From Seison nebaliae (taxonomy: Eukaryota): a DNA stretch of 52,451 bases. The notes beneath the pieces are model-generated. The model was not told the origin of the DNA. It was given only the letters and a program-made list of their open reading frames with translations, and made no database searches. Positions 24,118 to 38,900 of the stretch are shown piece by piece (position 1 is the first letter of the stretch; each line of letters starts with the position of its first letter). The position numbers and the translations under genes are program-made. The stretch covers positions 1-52,451 of the forward strand of contig JALJEE010000150.1 in NCBI GenBank assembly GCA_023231475.1, read 5' to 3'.

Positions 24118-27100
24118 TTAATCGATCGATAGATTATCTAGCCATCTCTTCGGAATCCATTGAGGTTCTGTCAGAAATTTCTTGACGATATTCTTTATTT
24201 TGAAAACCGTTTCGTCAATGTCTTTGTTGATGATGATTGCATCGAAATATTGTGCAAAATTCTCTTCGACGTCTCGTCCTTCTTCAATGATTCGTTCAAG
24301 TTCTTCTTCCTGATAAAACATCAATTATTCCATCATTCATCCAATAAGAATGAGACTAACTTTAACATTCTCTTTCGCTTTCAGTTTTTGAATTTTGAAA
24401 TCTTTGAGTGGTGGTGGACAAACAAATATGACGTAAGGCATCAGATCAGACGAATATAATTTTTTAAGAGCCTAAAAAGAAAATAGAATAAAAAATAATA
24501 AAAAAATGAATTAACGTTACAGTAGCAGGTGAGTATACACACTTTCCGATTCGTTGTAATTTTCCTTACACTATCAATTTTAGTACCATATAAATATTTT
24601 TCTAATTCTCCCCATTCCACAAATAAATTATCATCGATATCAGCTTCGAAGACATGTCTCGTTACGAAGAAATATTCGTGACCATTCACTTCATCTTTCC
24701 TTCTCGGTCGTGATGTATCTAAAAGAAAAAAGTCAATTAATCAAAATGTTCAAATAGAAAAATAACGAGGAATGGCTGAATCGAAAATTTGTGGATCAGT
24801 TTGTAATAATTTCATTCGAATTTCATGACGACCGACACCTTGTGGTCCGATCAATATGAGAGGTCGAACTGTCGGTATATGGAAAGTAATATTGTTGATA
24901 TCATAAAATGGAGATACATTATGAAATGATGACGAGTTAGTAGCAGTTGTTGTTGTTGTTGTTGTTGTGGTAGTAGTAGTGGTGGTGTCGTTGGAGAAAC
25001 TGGTTTCTTCGTTCGGTAAATTTTCTTTTTTCATTTCGAGAAATCGTCGTTTCTTCTCATTGATATTATCGACGAATGAAAAAGTGATACAATAATCGTA
25101 GAGAACAGATGTATTCATAATATCACAATTCTGATATGTTGGTTCGATATTATGAATAATTTTCAATTCCGTCAAATTTTGTTTATTCGTTTTATTTTTT
25201 CTTTGATTTCTTGATGACGATGATGATGATGATGATTGTTGTTGTTGTTGTTGTAATTGTGAAGGTAATTGATGTTTCCCATGTTTATAAGTGAGCATCT
25301 TATCTAGACAATCAATTCGTTCCATGATATGTTTGGGTAGATGTGGCGGTTTGACGAGAATGATTTGTTCATAAATATTCTCTTGTTCCATTTGAATTGG
25401 TTGTAATTCTTCCAAGATTTTCGTTCGTAACGATTTCCGATAATGTCGATTTCTACGTGTCAGATCTCGTTTTCTGTTCTTATTAACTGCCACTGCCATT
25501 GCGGTCGCTGCATTTGCAGCAGATGCAGCTGATGCTAAAGTGTTGAGTGTCATAGCTGCATTTGTCTCATTTTTTCGATTGAATAAATTATGTTTCGATT
25601 TTTCCAATCGTCGTTGACAGACATGGATATGATGACGGAACATTTGTTCGAGATATAATCGTCGAAAATCTAATGAAGGAATTAATCCAGCGAGTGAAAC
25701 TTCAGATTGTCGTTGATTACAAGGAGAAGTACGATTCATTCCATAATAACCTTCATCATGATCATTCAAATCATCTTCCTTATATGCTTGCCACCAATAC
25801 TTGTCACTCGTATCGATGATGTGTAAAATGTCTCCACATTTGAAACTAATTCCCAATTCTTTACATGGCAAATAATTATCGTTGTCTTTACAATAATCAT
25901 AAAGTGCACGAATATGTAAAATGTTCGATGGATTCTGTGTACTCGTTATTGAATTATTATCTAATCGATCAGAAACCGTCATTGGCAATTTATTCGTCTG
26001 ACCATTACATGATTGAGATAAAGTATTCATCGAGAATAATGATGCGTCACATAAATTATCATTCTTTTTTACTGCATCATCATCAAGTGCTGGTGCAACT
26101 AACAGGGTGATCTCTCCTTGCAAATCCGCCAACAAATCACAAACTTGATGAATATTTCTTACACCTCGTACAGGCAAATCATTAATCTCTAAAATTTCAT
26201 CATTCACTTTTAATAAAGATGTTCCATTACCAGTATCGATTTGGCTATTCGATTGGGAATATGTCGATTGAATTGGAGAATTAATTTTACTTCGATTCGA
26301 AATTTTTCCGTTCTCGTAATGTGGCGATAGAACGGGAGATAGAGTAGAACGACAAGACGAATCATTCAAATTTGGTCCACATCTTTCAGCCACTCCACCT
26401 TTAATAATTCGAGCGACTAAAACTCGATTTTCTTCACTTGTCTCATCATCTCGAACGGTGACACCTAACGGTTCGTCTGTCTTCTCAATTCGAATTAATT
26501 TCAATTTATCCGTACCATATTCGTCCGCTTTCCGTGCTAGATATTGATGATCTTCCGATTGGAATGATTCCATATTATCTAATTTTTCTTCCGCATTCTT
26601 TTCTTCAAATTCAGCGTGCGAACTTCCGATATGGACAGAAAGACGATTAGCTGTCGCTTCATCAATGTCGATTTCGTGATGGATTTCATTCCTGATATTT
26701 TTCGTTTTATTATCATCCAAAATATCTTTCTTCTTTTTATGATGTTTCTTTTTCTTCTTTTGTTTTTTATGTTTTCGATCGTCATCCTCCGTCGTTTGCA
26801 ATTGATCGACATGATGTTGTCTCTTCTTCCGATGTATTCTCTTCTGTTCCTTATGGTGGTCTTCATCATTCTTCTCATTACCATCATTCTGTGGATGATG
26901 ACGTCGATGATGTTTCTTATTTAATGATGATTCATTAGAAATCATCGCACCGTCACTATGGATGATAGATAGATCACTGGTAATTTCTTTCTCTTCAGGT
27001 AATTCTGTCTTTTGCAACAAGTCTGCTAATGACGTCGATAATAATTTTTGATAATCAGCTTCCACATCACCTTCTTTCTCGGAAGAACTTCTCAAATTCT

Positions 27101-30100
27101 CTCCAATTATTCCTGAAGTCGACGAATCTTTTCCAGACAATTGATCATTATTCAATATTCCTTGCAGCTTCTTTTCTGTCACTTCATGTAACTCCTTTTG
27201 TTCTGTTACATCATTCTCTTTAACTATTCCATTTAATGTATCATAAACGAAAGCGAGAATGTCGAAATGTGATGTCTCCAACAAGTTATTCAAATTGCCA
27301 ATCGCTCCCTTTTCCTGTAACTGTATTTCCGACGACTTATTCGCATAAACGAGAATTTTTTGTAACTAAAATAAAAGAAGAGAATGAGAATTATGTCAAA
27401 GAATTTCTTCCCTAATAAATCATATTTTGCAATTTCTCTTCTCAACTAATTTGCCTTACCTTAAAATTTGACTAAAATTTCATGAAATAACGAAATATGA
27501 GTGTCGACTAATTAGAGGAGTTTTCTTCCTTTCCGTTTTATGATGATGATGATGATGATAAAGATGAGACTTACAAATAAATTTTATGAAATATATATAC
27601 ATATTAATTAAACGAGAGTGAAGGAAAGAGAAATTCTTTCAAATCAAATCATCGTCATCTTATATGGAATGCAATCATTCCTCTCTGCTAGTTAACTGGA
27701 CTGACTATATCATTCTTTCTAACGCTTCATTGCTAAAATGGAAATGAAGTAATTCGTTCTCCTAAAAAAACGAATGATAAAACGATACGAACCTCTGACA
27801 ACAAAATAGAAATTTTCAAATTATTATTTGTGTTCCCATTATTATTGAGATCGAATTCTTCGTTTTTCTCCGAAACAATATGATTGACATTCAACATCTT
27901 CTTAAATGAATCACGCACAGTTGTCATCTTTCGTTGTAATTGCATTAAATTTGTGAATTTGGTGGACGAAACGAAATTCTTCAACAATTTTATATTTTCC
28001 AATTTCGTCATTTCATTTCTCGTCAAATCTGTTCGACTCAACAATTCCGTTTCGTCGTCTTCTAATCGTGAGAGTAGAGCAGGAATATTTCTCGTTGAGA
28101 ACTTCATGGAACTCAACGATTGGAGTAATTTCAAATCGATATCAGTGAAATTGGAATGAGGTTCTGATGATTTTCGAATGATTTCCTCCTTCTCTCGTGA
28201 CGACTCATCAGTCGATGATAATGGAGTTGTGTCTACGTTATTATCATTATCATACTCCTCACTGTCCTCACTCAATTCCTTGTAATGTTTCTCTTTTTTC
28301 GAATCGAATCCTTTCAATTTCTTCCGAATACTTCGTTTCGATCGTCGGAATTGTTCCTGAAATTTATTGCCGAATTCATTCGACTGTTTCTTCAATTCAT
28401 TCGCCTCATCAAATTCTTTCACAAACTTTTTCTTTTCACTTTTTTTCTGTTGTAAATTCTTCACTTTCTTCAAAGAACTCCTCCGATTACTTGAACGTAG
28501 AATTGGTGCACGTTGACTGCTCGTTCTTTTTTGGTTTCTGTTGTAAATACCGATAATTTCATCGTCTTCACTACTACTCTCTTGAGTGTTGGGAAGATGA
28601 GAGATGGTTTTCTTCATCAATTTCTTCTCACTCATTTTTAAAAATTTCTTTTTATTCTGTTTCTTCGGTTCTGCTATTTTCCTTAACCTTCTAGCGCTAT
28701 CACGTAAATGATGATGGTTGAAACGGTCGTTATTTTCTTCATTATCTGAATGACATTCTACTGAATCACTCGATGATGATGATGATGTTGATGATGTTGT
28801 AGTAGATGTAATTGATGTGGTTGATGAGGTTGCGGCCGTTCGTCTCGTTGATGATGTGAGTGATGAGGTCGAAGTTGAGAGAATTCGATGTTTGTCATTT
28901 TCATGTTTAACAGAGTCATCCGATTGGAAGTTGTGTCGTTTGTTAATTTCTGAGATGACTTGTCCCAAAAACTGTTGTTGACGTCGTGTTTCCTCTTCTT
29001 TCTGTTTCTCATAAGTTTGATTTCGGATTTTATTCTTAATCTCACTAATTAAACTGCCACTGGTCTTTGGCAATTGGAAATTGCAATCGGAAACGCTAAA
29101 CAATTTCCCGTTCTCACAATTGATCATTTTCGTGTTGATACGATGGAAATCCGTCGAATTACTATTCTTGTCAGTCGTCTGAAGTTGAACGTGTCGTTCC
29201 TCCATCATATGGAACGGTGATCGATACTTCTTTCTTGGTGGTTTGTGGCAATAGTCTCCATTGAATTTATCTTCGATCGATTGAGGCGATTTACTCAAAT
29301 TATTGTTCGAATTTGTTTCGTATTGGCTAATGAGTGAATGTAATCGACTTTGACGTGAATTTTTCGTTAAGTTGTTGTTGGAGGAAGTATGAATGGGAGA
29401 TAACTCCTCTACGATATTAGTCACTGAACGTTTAGTGGGATTGAAACGATGTTCCCAAACGGCTGAATGGACATTATTCGTCGATTGAGTTAATTGACGT
29501 TTAGAATTGGAATGATGACGCAGTTCATAATTCGACTGATGTTCATTCAATTTTTCGGTTGAATTACAATTCTTCAGATTTTTGTTATTCGATCGATAAT
29601 TCCTTCCTATGGAGATGAATAGACGGAAACGGGAGATAGAATGGATAGATGAATGGACAAGTAAATGAATGAATAGAATGTGAAATGTTATCTGAATGGA
29701 GGGAGGGATATCACACGAATCCAAATGTACCTGCAATACGGATATGGAAGAAAGGAATGAAAGAAATCTCCCCTCCTCGAAGAAAAGGAGAAAAGATATC
29801 GAATACAAAGAACATCGATCGAAGACATCATTCCAACTATTTGACATGTATCTCATTTACACAAAAGAATGACAAACAGGGAACTGGTTACTTTCCTGTT
29901 TGTACGATAATACCATCCGAATCGATGATCTCCATCAATTTCACACAAATATTTACCGAATTCCTTTCCCTATCTTTCGGAAGAAGCAAAAAATTTTAAC
30001 TAATTACTAATCAGTTTCTTCTTCAATTAAATTTCTCGATTAATTAATTATAACGACTAATTCACTTATTTTCTTCTTCTTCTTCTTCTCCTCCTCTCAT

Positions 30101-33100
30101 CGAACTAACGAAAGATACTGATTGGAACATGAAGAAAGGAAAGAACAATTTCTTTGAAGAAGAAAACATAAAATTTCCAATTTAATTCATGACTTAAATC
30201 GTGACTGTTGATAACATAATCATACCTGGGAATATGGTACCTTCAAAAATTCCACTTACCAATTCTGTAGCGAAAATATTCGAATGTTAAAGAAAATTTT
30301 CTTCAGGGAGAAAAACATCATGTTCGAAGTGTTCTATTATTAGACTACTGATATATCGTTTCACTTCATCTAACTTGGTATAATTAAGATTTGCAACAAC
30401 TTATTGTTGGGTGGTGTGGCGGGTTGGAGGGATATGTTGAAAAAGTTATTTTGATGATAATTTATTTAAATTAATCTTAAGAGAAAACAATTTTCCCCAT
30501 TGTCATTAAGGAATAATTCTTCTCCATTAGGAAAATATACAAAAGCCATCGACACTACGAACTGGGAACATGGAACAATTCTAAACATTTTCAAACGATT
30601 TTTTATCGATTGGAAAAGCTTATGGAAAATGGACAATAACTTATTTCCGTAGATAATTTCAAATCTAATATTTCCAAATACTTCTGCCAAGCAGTTCTTC
30701 CAAATAACTGGACAATAACCTTTCAGTTTGATGGAGAAAAAAAAATCGATAGAAGGAGATGGTGCAACTTTCTCAATTACAATTACAAAAAGTTCGAGTG
30801 TCGTTCTTCAACTTCCTTTCACATTTGTCGAACTGACATGAGAAGAAGTTGAAGTAGTATAAATTGGTTGAGAAGAACATAATGTAAACAATAATTATCG
30901 ATTTTGAGTTTCTATGTCCATGGAATTGGTGAAAGTTGATGTTAATCTCTAATTCATGAAGCAATCGGTTATCAATTGATAACGAGTGATAACGGAAACA
31001 ATAATGGAAATAATGCTGAATAAAATTTCTCGCTCAAAACAATTAGATTGTAGAGAGTCGATCTTATTTTAATTTTCTATAAGGACATGTCAATGAAGTT
31101 CGATCGAATCAATTCTCTTCCATCGACACAGATAATGAAAAAGTAATTGTAAGATTAGAAACAAGTTATACAACTTGTAAATAACCAATCGTAGAGAATA
31201 GTTTCATAAAGGAAATAATGAGACGTTGAGAGAAGTTTGGTGATTCTGGTATTCCTCCTCATTATGTTGGAGATGGTGACGATTGATGGAAGATAGATTA
31301 GATCTACATTATCTACACGTATAATAAGAACGATTCTTATTATTATTACCATTATCATAATTGACATCAGATCACACATATTTTATTCTCACCAAAACAT
31401 TATTGACATACGACATATTTCCACTTTATCTTCCGTCGGACAATAGAATCTAATGTATCACAATATAAATGGAAGTAATAACAACGATGATGATGATGAT
31501 GTCCACATGACGAGTAGAAACATCCTGATCTCCATTAATATTAAGTTATTATAATGTCGACTTCTTCACCACCCACAATACATCCACTAATCTCTCATAT
31601 GAATTGTATGTAATTCGTTTAATTTATCTTAGGATGCTGGACGTTTTGGGATTTGTTAAAGATTCGTACGAAAATTACATTACTATTAGTGGATGACATG
31701 GGAGAGGAAGAAAGTAGAACGTTTGGTTCGATCGGCTTAATCCCATCACATACTGTCGTCGTTCTCTTCTCCTCACCGTTCGGAGATTTGTAGGGAGATA
31801 AAACGCTTAAATTTCTTTATCTTTCGCTCTACTTTCCTTTCCATCTCCATATCGTTCCAATGGTTTTCTTTCCACTTAATTTATTCGGGTTAATAATTCT
31901 CGTCGTTGAGAATCGATTGCCCTTCATTAACATGAAATTTTATGAGGTCGCTCTTCCTCATCTACACTCATCATTCATTATTCTCTCATGATTCGTTTTA
32001 CTTCCTTTCCTTGACATGCACTTCCATATGGACATTGTGCATAAGCAAACACTTCACACTTCGCTTCCATAATATCCCCAATATTTAACTTGTTTTGCTG
32101 ACAATAACGTTATCTTCCCATATCTTTCACACACGAATGCACACACACTAGCACACGAGTACGCACATTGACACATTCGTCTATAAATGGATGTGGAAAG
32201 AAGAAAAACATATTTATCATTCAATTCCATCGCGTCATATTGCTGGCGGTGGGATTGGTGGAAGACAATAAATTGAACATTTCCCTTGTCCATTCGTACT
32301 ATGATATAATGAAAATATTGAAGTATTAGATTAACCTTGAACAAACACAAAAGGCGATAATTGGAATATTCTAATGGAATGTAGTTAATTCGAACTATAT
32401 CCCATTCACTAAATTATTATGCGCTTCACACATACACACACACACACACACGCACACACCCAAAGTATAATTGAATGGTAGCAGTGAGGGGAAAGATGAT
32501 AAGAAAGATATCTTTATTTATCTACCCCAATTATGAGCAGTAAGTTCAATTGTATCAGACAAGCAACTCTCCATATTCATGAGTCGTCATTCTTTCTGGT
32601 TGAGTGGAATTGGAAGAGAATCGAACCCGATTTAAATTTACATAACACAACTTACCCAATATTTTATAATGACGTTACCAATTACTACAATTTCGTTTCA
32701 CCTGCTTAGAATGGAATTTCTAGACTAACTTCTTTCACAGGAAACTCAGTACATAAACAACGGAAGCGAATGGTCAGGAGATGGCATGATTCATTAAATA
32801 AATCTCAATTAAATTAATGGAAATCTCATTAATAATTATTGATAAGAACGATGATAGGAATTAGTGAGAATGAACTTGTCAAGTCCATATAATGAATATA
32901 GTAAATGAAGTAATATTAACCAATTATCGTCGATTTTTTTGGTTGGTCGCTTCCCTGTTGTAATTGATCAAATAAGTGCAATGTCTTTCGCACCTTCCCA
33001 AAACAAACGTCGATCTCTGATGAAGAAATTTGATTAAGAGCTGGCTCATCTTCATTATCAATGTTCGTCTGTATTGCAGCAGAGATCAATTCCTTCTCTG

Positions 33101-35996
33101 GTGACAGCTGTGAATGATATTGTTGTTGTTGTTGTTTCCTGTTCGATTCATCAACAGTCTTATGTAATTCAATTTTGGAGGAAAGTTGGTCAACCGACCT
33201 CCTGCCGAAGTGAACAGCAGCAGTTGCCGCAACTGCATTGGCACATTTCAAAATTTGTTGTTGTCTTTCGTTCGATTCCATCGAATTATTCGTTCCCAAC
33301 GACAATTGATGAGAATTGTTGGAAAAGAATTTCTGATTTTCGTTCAGACGTTTCATTTCTAATTTCTCCATATTGTACTCGTGTTGTGGTGATGGCTGTG
33401 GTGATGGTTGTTGTGTAAATTCCACCGTTTCTCTCGATTCATGTAATTTATTATATTCCTTCTCTCCAACTTGTTGGTGGCATGTTGCGTCACTCGTTAT
33501 TCGAACGTTGCTGTGATTTATTGTTGTATTGTTATAATTGTGAGCGACTAATCCGGTATAAGCGGGAACTTCATGCTTCTCATCGTCTCTCGATTTCTGT
33601 GATATCTGACTATCCCTAGTAATATTATCTTTCTCGTCTTGACGATCATGATGATGATGATGATGATGATGATGAGAATTGTTCGTTGTCTTGTTCCAGT
33701 CATTCGAATCCAGTAAATAGGCGTCATCATTCTTTGATAAATCTGCTGTAAATCCATTAACTTTTGAGTTGAAATCATTCGGATTTATTGTAAATGTTCC
33801 AACGTCATTGGAATCGGTCGACATTCTCTCAATTGACTCCGTTCTAGATATTTTATTCAAGTATTCCGACGAATGACGCTCCGTAAATTGCGACGCCGTA
33901 CGTCTTATACAATTCATCTTCATTCCATTTCCTCCATTCATTCCATTGATTTCCAAAGAGGATTTCGTTCGTTTCACCGATCTAGTCGAATTATAATATT
34001 TCTCCAACTTCTCTTGTAATTCCGATCGACAGTTCCCCACTCCCGAATTTATTTTGGCGGAAGACACGAAAATTTGCTCATCGTCAACGATTGGTTCGGT
34101 ATGTTCATCCGATTTGATTTGTATGATCGAAGTGAATCGTTCGTTCTCAGTCGACGATCGATTCAATTCTTTCTCTGGTGGTAATTGGAAGGAGAATGAA
34201 TCCTTCTCTTTCCGTTGATAAACGACTTGAAGATTTTGAATATATTGTGAATTATCATTGTCGTCATTAGGATTATCCATTTCTAAATGAATTATCGGTT
34301 GAGAATAATGAGATAAATTGTGATTAATCGATAATTGATAATCTCCTTCTTCTTCTTCTTCTTCTAATGCTCGACCATCTTCATATTTTCCCATCATTTG
34401 ATTACAATTATTTTGAGAGTCGTCTCTGTGAGGAGACTGTGATGAATGACGACCAGTATTAACATTCAATGCTTCAGGTAATCGTTCAAGAAATGAACCA
34501 ACACTCGAAAGTGAATTAGCCAACGACAAACTATACGTTTCCATCACGTGTCTAGTATTATCGATATTTCCACCGTTTCCTTCATCCATCTCCAATTGTG
34601 GAACATGATCGGTTATATGAAGATTTCGATGATTGACGTGGTTGAGAGGGGAATGATTTGTTTCCTCTTTATCTAATCGAATGATTCCATGATGAATGTC
34701 ATGATTTTCTTCCGAAACTTCCATATAATTCAATCGTTCACCATAACCATTCATATTAGTCACACCATTTCCATGGTTGTCGTTTCGAGTATCACATTCG
34801 GTTTTCTGTTCGTCGAAATCAAAGTTCGTCAAAATATCGAAATTTGTCGATGACTGTGATTTTGGAGATGATGAAGTTAAGTTCATTTGTATCTGTTTCA
34901 ACAGATTGTACACTTCAGAATGTTCGTTCGTCTTCATCATATGCTCCTCGTCATAATCAACTTTGATGGCTGATGCTCGTATGGGAGAGAAGACTTCGGA
35001 TGATGTTGAGGAGAAGGAAGCAAGTGATGATTTCAACGAGGAATATTGTCCGGAAGAATATTTTCTCCCATTAAATTTCTGATTACTTTCTTCGTCCTTC
35101 CACTCTTCTCCATCCTTCTTTCTCATTTGATGATAGTTCGAACGATGTTGATCTTTCTCATTCGCATAAATTGTCGCGTATATACAATCATCATCTGGTC
35201 GACGCTTATTTACATCCTTCACTGCTGATTCCTGATGATGGGTAGAGGTGTGTTTCTCATCACATCTCCTCATATGCTTCCCATTAACCGAATAATTCGA
35301 CTCGATTTCATGTCTATTATCCATCTTTTCTACCTTCCTATTACTACTACTACCACTACTGCTACTACTAATAATACTACTGTTATTATTATTGTTGCTG
35401 ATGATTTTATTGACTGGATTGATTGATGAAATGTTCTTTTCTCCCAGATCATTATTTGCGTCGTCTTCTTTTCTCTGCTGCATTTCGTTATCCATTTGAT
35501 GTATTAAGTTGTTGGTGGGATGACCTTCGTCGTCCATCTCATTTTTCTTCTGACGAAAGGAATTGCTATGTTTATTCTCAGATGTTGTGAGTGCGCTGGC
35601 TGATTGATGAAGTGATGAAAAGAATTTGAGAAACGATTTCTTCAGTTTCGATGAGGTTACACTAGATGACGAACTACTAATTTCATCTCCAAATTTCCGT
35701 AAATGCACACTCTCATGACTAAATGATCGTAATTCATCTTCACTATTATCGTCTCCATTAATTTTCTTGTACTTTTCATTCTTCAACTTATCCTCTTCCT
35801 CTTCTTCTTCATCTTCTTCACTTTCTTGCACATCTATCGCTCTCTCCTGGTAAGGAGGTGGTGGTGGTGGCATCGACAGAGGCGAATTCAGACATTTATC
35901 ACCCTCCTTCTTCTCCTCATTATACAAAAAATTTCTTTTGAATTCGGCGAAACTTTGTGGTTGCAATTTACGTCCATTCAAATAATCCAGTGACAT
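24118..35996 (-). CDS. MPP5: MAGUK p55 family PALS1/MPP5/Stardust-like protein (L27-PDZ-SH3-HOOK-GK) with a very long low-complexity N-terminus, ~2,650 aa if all exons join
   Basis: PDZ (IRIEKTDEPLGVTVR..ARIIKGGVAE), SH3 (HIRALYDY..LPCKELGISF..WWQAY..LAGLIPS), GK (RPLILIGPQGVGRHEIR..FVEWGELEKYLYGT..EPQWIP). The upstream big ORFs join in phase through introns 29607-32920 and 27366-27792. The core (24118-27365) is secure; linkage of the 32921-35996 exon is inferred. Confidence 0.8.
32427..32459. repeat. Imperfect (CA)n microsatellite in the long MPP5 intron
   Basis: cacacatacacacacacacacacacgcacacac. Confidence 0.85.
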
Positions 35997-38900
35997 ATCT
36001 CTCGCTTCGCACAGAGAAAATTTAATAAAATATTTTCATAAATTTCTAATTAATAATTCAATTAAATAAAATTTCCGTTAAGGACAATTAAGAATTCTAA
36101 AAAAGTCTAAAAAAATTTCCTTAAAAACAACCAAAACTTTAGACAGAAAGTAAAAAAAATTTCCATCTCAAAACAATTAAAAATTATAAACAAATACAAA
36201 AAATAATTAAAACTTCCAACAAAAAATTTTTAAGATTCTCATTAAAAACATCAAAAAAAAATAAGTTTTTTTTCAGAAAACTTTTCATGTTTTTAAATAA
36301 TCAAAATATCTTCTAACAGTTCTTCATCTTCAATCAATAAGATGAATACGTCAATAGTTTATGATGTTGACGATAAAGAAGTTGTTGAAAGAAGAAGGAT
36401 GATATTAAAAAAATTATTAAATTTACACAAGAATTCCGGATGCCAATTAACTTCATTTTTGAGAGAGGAAGATAAATTTAATTGGAACGAACTCTCCCAC
36501 ACGAATCGAACAAAAGACGAGAATTATAAGTAACATGTTCTAGAACAGAAGAAATTAACAACGTTCAATGTCTATGAGAATGAGATTAACTTTTGGTGGG
36601 AAGATGGGACGGTTTTATCACGATTTTAGCCTTCTACCTTTCTACGAATAAAAGAACGACGAAAGGCAGATGGTAAATTATCGAGAACTCTAATTTGACT
36701 GCCCTACTATTTTCGATCAATTTTGACAAATAGGTAGGTCACGTTCTCCTCAGCAATTATCATGTGAAAAAAAAACGGAATCCATATGGAATTGGAATCA
36801 GGAAAGTTTTTATTTAGAAAAATTTTATTTTATTCAACTCATAAAAAAAGTCATCGATAATTTATTAGAAAAATTGGAGAATGAAAAAAATTGTGGAAAT
36901 CATCTAATTCCATTAGTCCGATATGTTTATAACTCCTTCAATTATTTCCATTGATATTTCCCCTTTTTTGTTCCAGATTTGGATTGGAAGGAAAAGGAAA
37001 TATTGAAAATGGTTCGATTGTGAAATGTGGAAAACAATAGATTTACAATAGGTAAATAGATTAAAGTGTGGCGAGTAAAGGTTAATCAGTCATCAGTCTC
37101 CTGACATTATTGGAAGAGACTGGAAGAAATTTAGAGGCGGAATGTTCATCATTCTCATTGAGGAAGTTGTTCGAGAAATTTTTTTTGAAGTAAGTGATTA
37201 TTTTATTGGAAGGGAAAGAAAACTGGGTAAAAATGGTAACAATACCGAACGACAATGACAACAACAATATCATTCCTTCGATTAATAAACAACGTGTAAT
37301 AATCTTGTTAGGACTTGTGTAAAATTAGATACAATTCACTAACAAATACCTGAACATTCTTTCGAAAACGTTTTTACACCATTTTTCTTTTCACTCACAA
37401 ACAATCGAATGGAAAAAGATGTAATATTTAGTGAGAGATAGGAATCTACACAATTACACACTAACATTCTCTTCTCAAAGGGTGAAGAAACCGGTAAATT
37501 TATTTCATTTACCGTAATAATGTTAGATAAAATCCGTGTCATTTACACAAACAGGTGTCACATTGAATAAAACCGTCAGATTCCTCCACCGTTTTCTCCT
37601 CGTTCTAGATGATGATGATGATCCTTTTAAAGTAGTATGAAACATATGGTATGAATAACCTCGAACTGATACTACTACTTGTTGTGATGGTAGTGCTTTA
37701 GGAATAGAAAATGAAATTCTTTTTCAGTTTTCTCTTTGGGGAGGGGAAGAGAATTGGGAAGAAAAAAAGGAAGAATGATTTTTGTTTTTAGGAGAACATG
37801 ATGAATTATTGAAGGAATTGTTTGAAGGAATATGAAAAAATTTGAGAAAATATTTGCTAATGTTGATAGGACATATCGTAATGTGAAAACAAGAGACGCG
37901 AATACCACACAAGATAATTAGATGAAAAAGAAATTATTTAAATAATATTCATGAGAATGGAAGATTTCTTTGTTCTTCTGAGTTTCATTGAGATCATTCT
38001 TAATTCCACCAGAATATAATCAATTAATCGTCCTTCATTCTACATAATTAAATATTATTCCACCTTCTCAAATGTACCACCTCTCTTACTTCTATTGAGA
38101 ACGAAGAACTGTCAATGACACTATTCCAATTGATGGAATTGAATGTGGAATTACTGAATATATTAGACTGCACAATTAGCAATTACGAAGAAATTGAACG
38201 AATAAATTTTTTGTTACATTTAATTCAATTTCAACTCCACTAAACTCTCCTAATGGTGATGATGATGTGAATGGCTTGGTATTAGTTCTCGCAATAATTG
38301 ACAATAAATAGAGGAAGTTTTGGTTGAATATGTCGGTGAATAAATATTGAGAGTCGTGTGCAAAATAAATTGCAATAAAAGAATTATATTCTCTTCTTTT
38401 TCATTAAACAAACACCGAGAGAAACATTACCTCAAATTATCGTTCTATTACTCAAATGATCATGACATAGAAGTAGAATGATACTGTTAGGAATTGAGGT
38501 GCCAATAAAGGAATTAATGTTACATTCATAATTGTAACAGTTGATAGAACATAAATTTGGTGAATTAATCTATTCCTTTCTACTAATGGCGGTGATGGTG
38601 GTGATGATATTTTTTGTGTGGTCATAACTGAATGTTTCAGTCGAGCGTAAAAATGACAGAGATGCTTGAATAAAATTCAACTTCATTTCTTCTCCAAGTA
38701 AATTTATCATATGATTAAAGTTGATATTGTTGTGTGGTTAGGAAAGATATTAAACATATGTGATTCGACTATATAAGTACATTGATAGTAGAATGATAGT
38801 AGAAAGACTGTTTACATTTCAAGAACTTTTCTAACATCAACCACTTCTCCATTTTGTACACCTCAATGGATTGGGGAGACGGGGAGGAGGCGGAGGAGAA

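Noticed and set aside
29607..29856. Hydrophobic N-terminus of the 707-aa ORF
   Set aside because: It is pyrimidine-rich sequence upstream of the acceptor at 29607 and most likely intronic.
37608..37672. Possible C/D snoRNA (TGATGA..CTGA)
   Set aside because: The C box is part of a (GAT)n microsatellite, with no terminal stem or evident guide.
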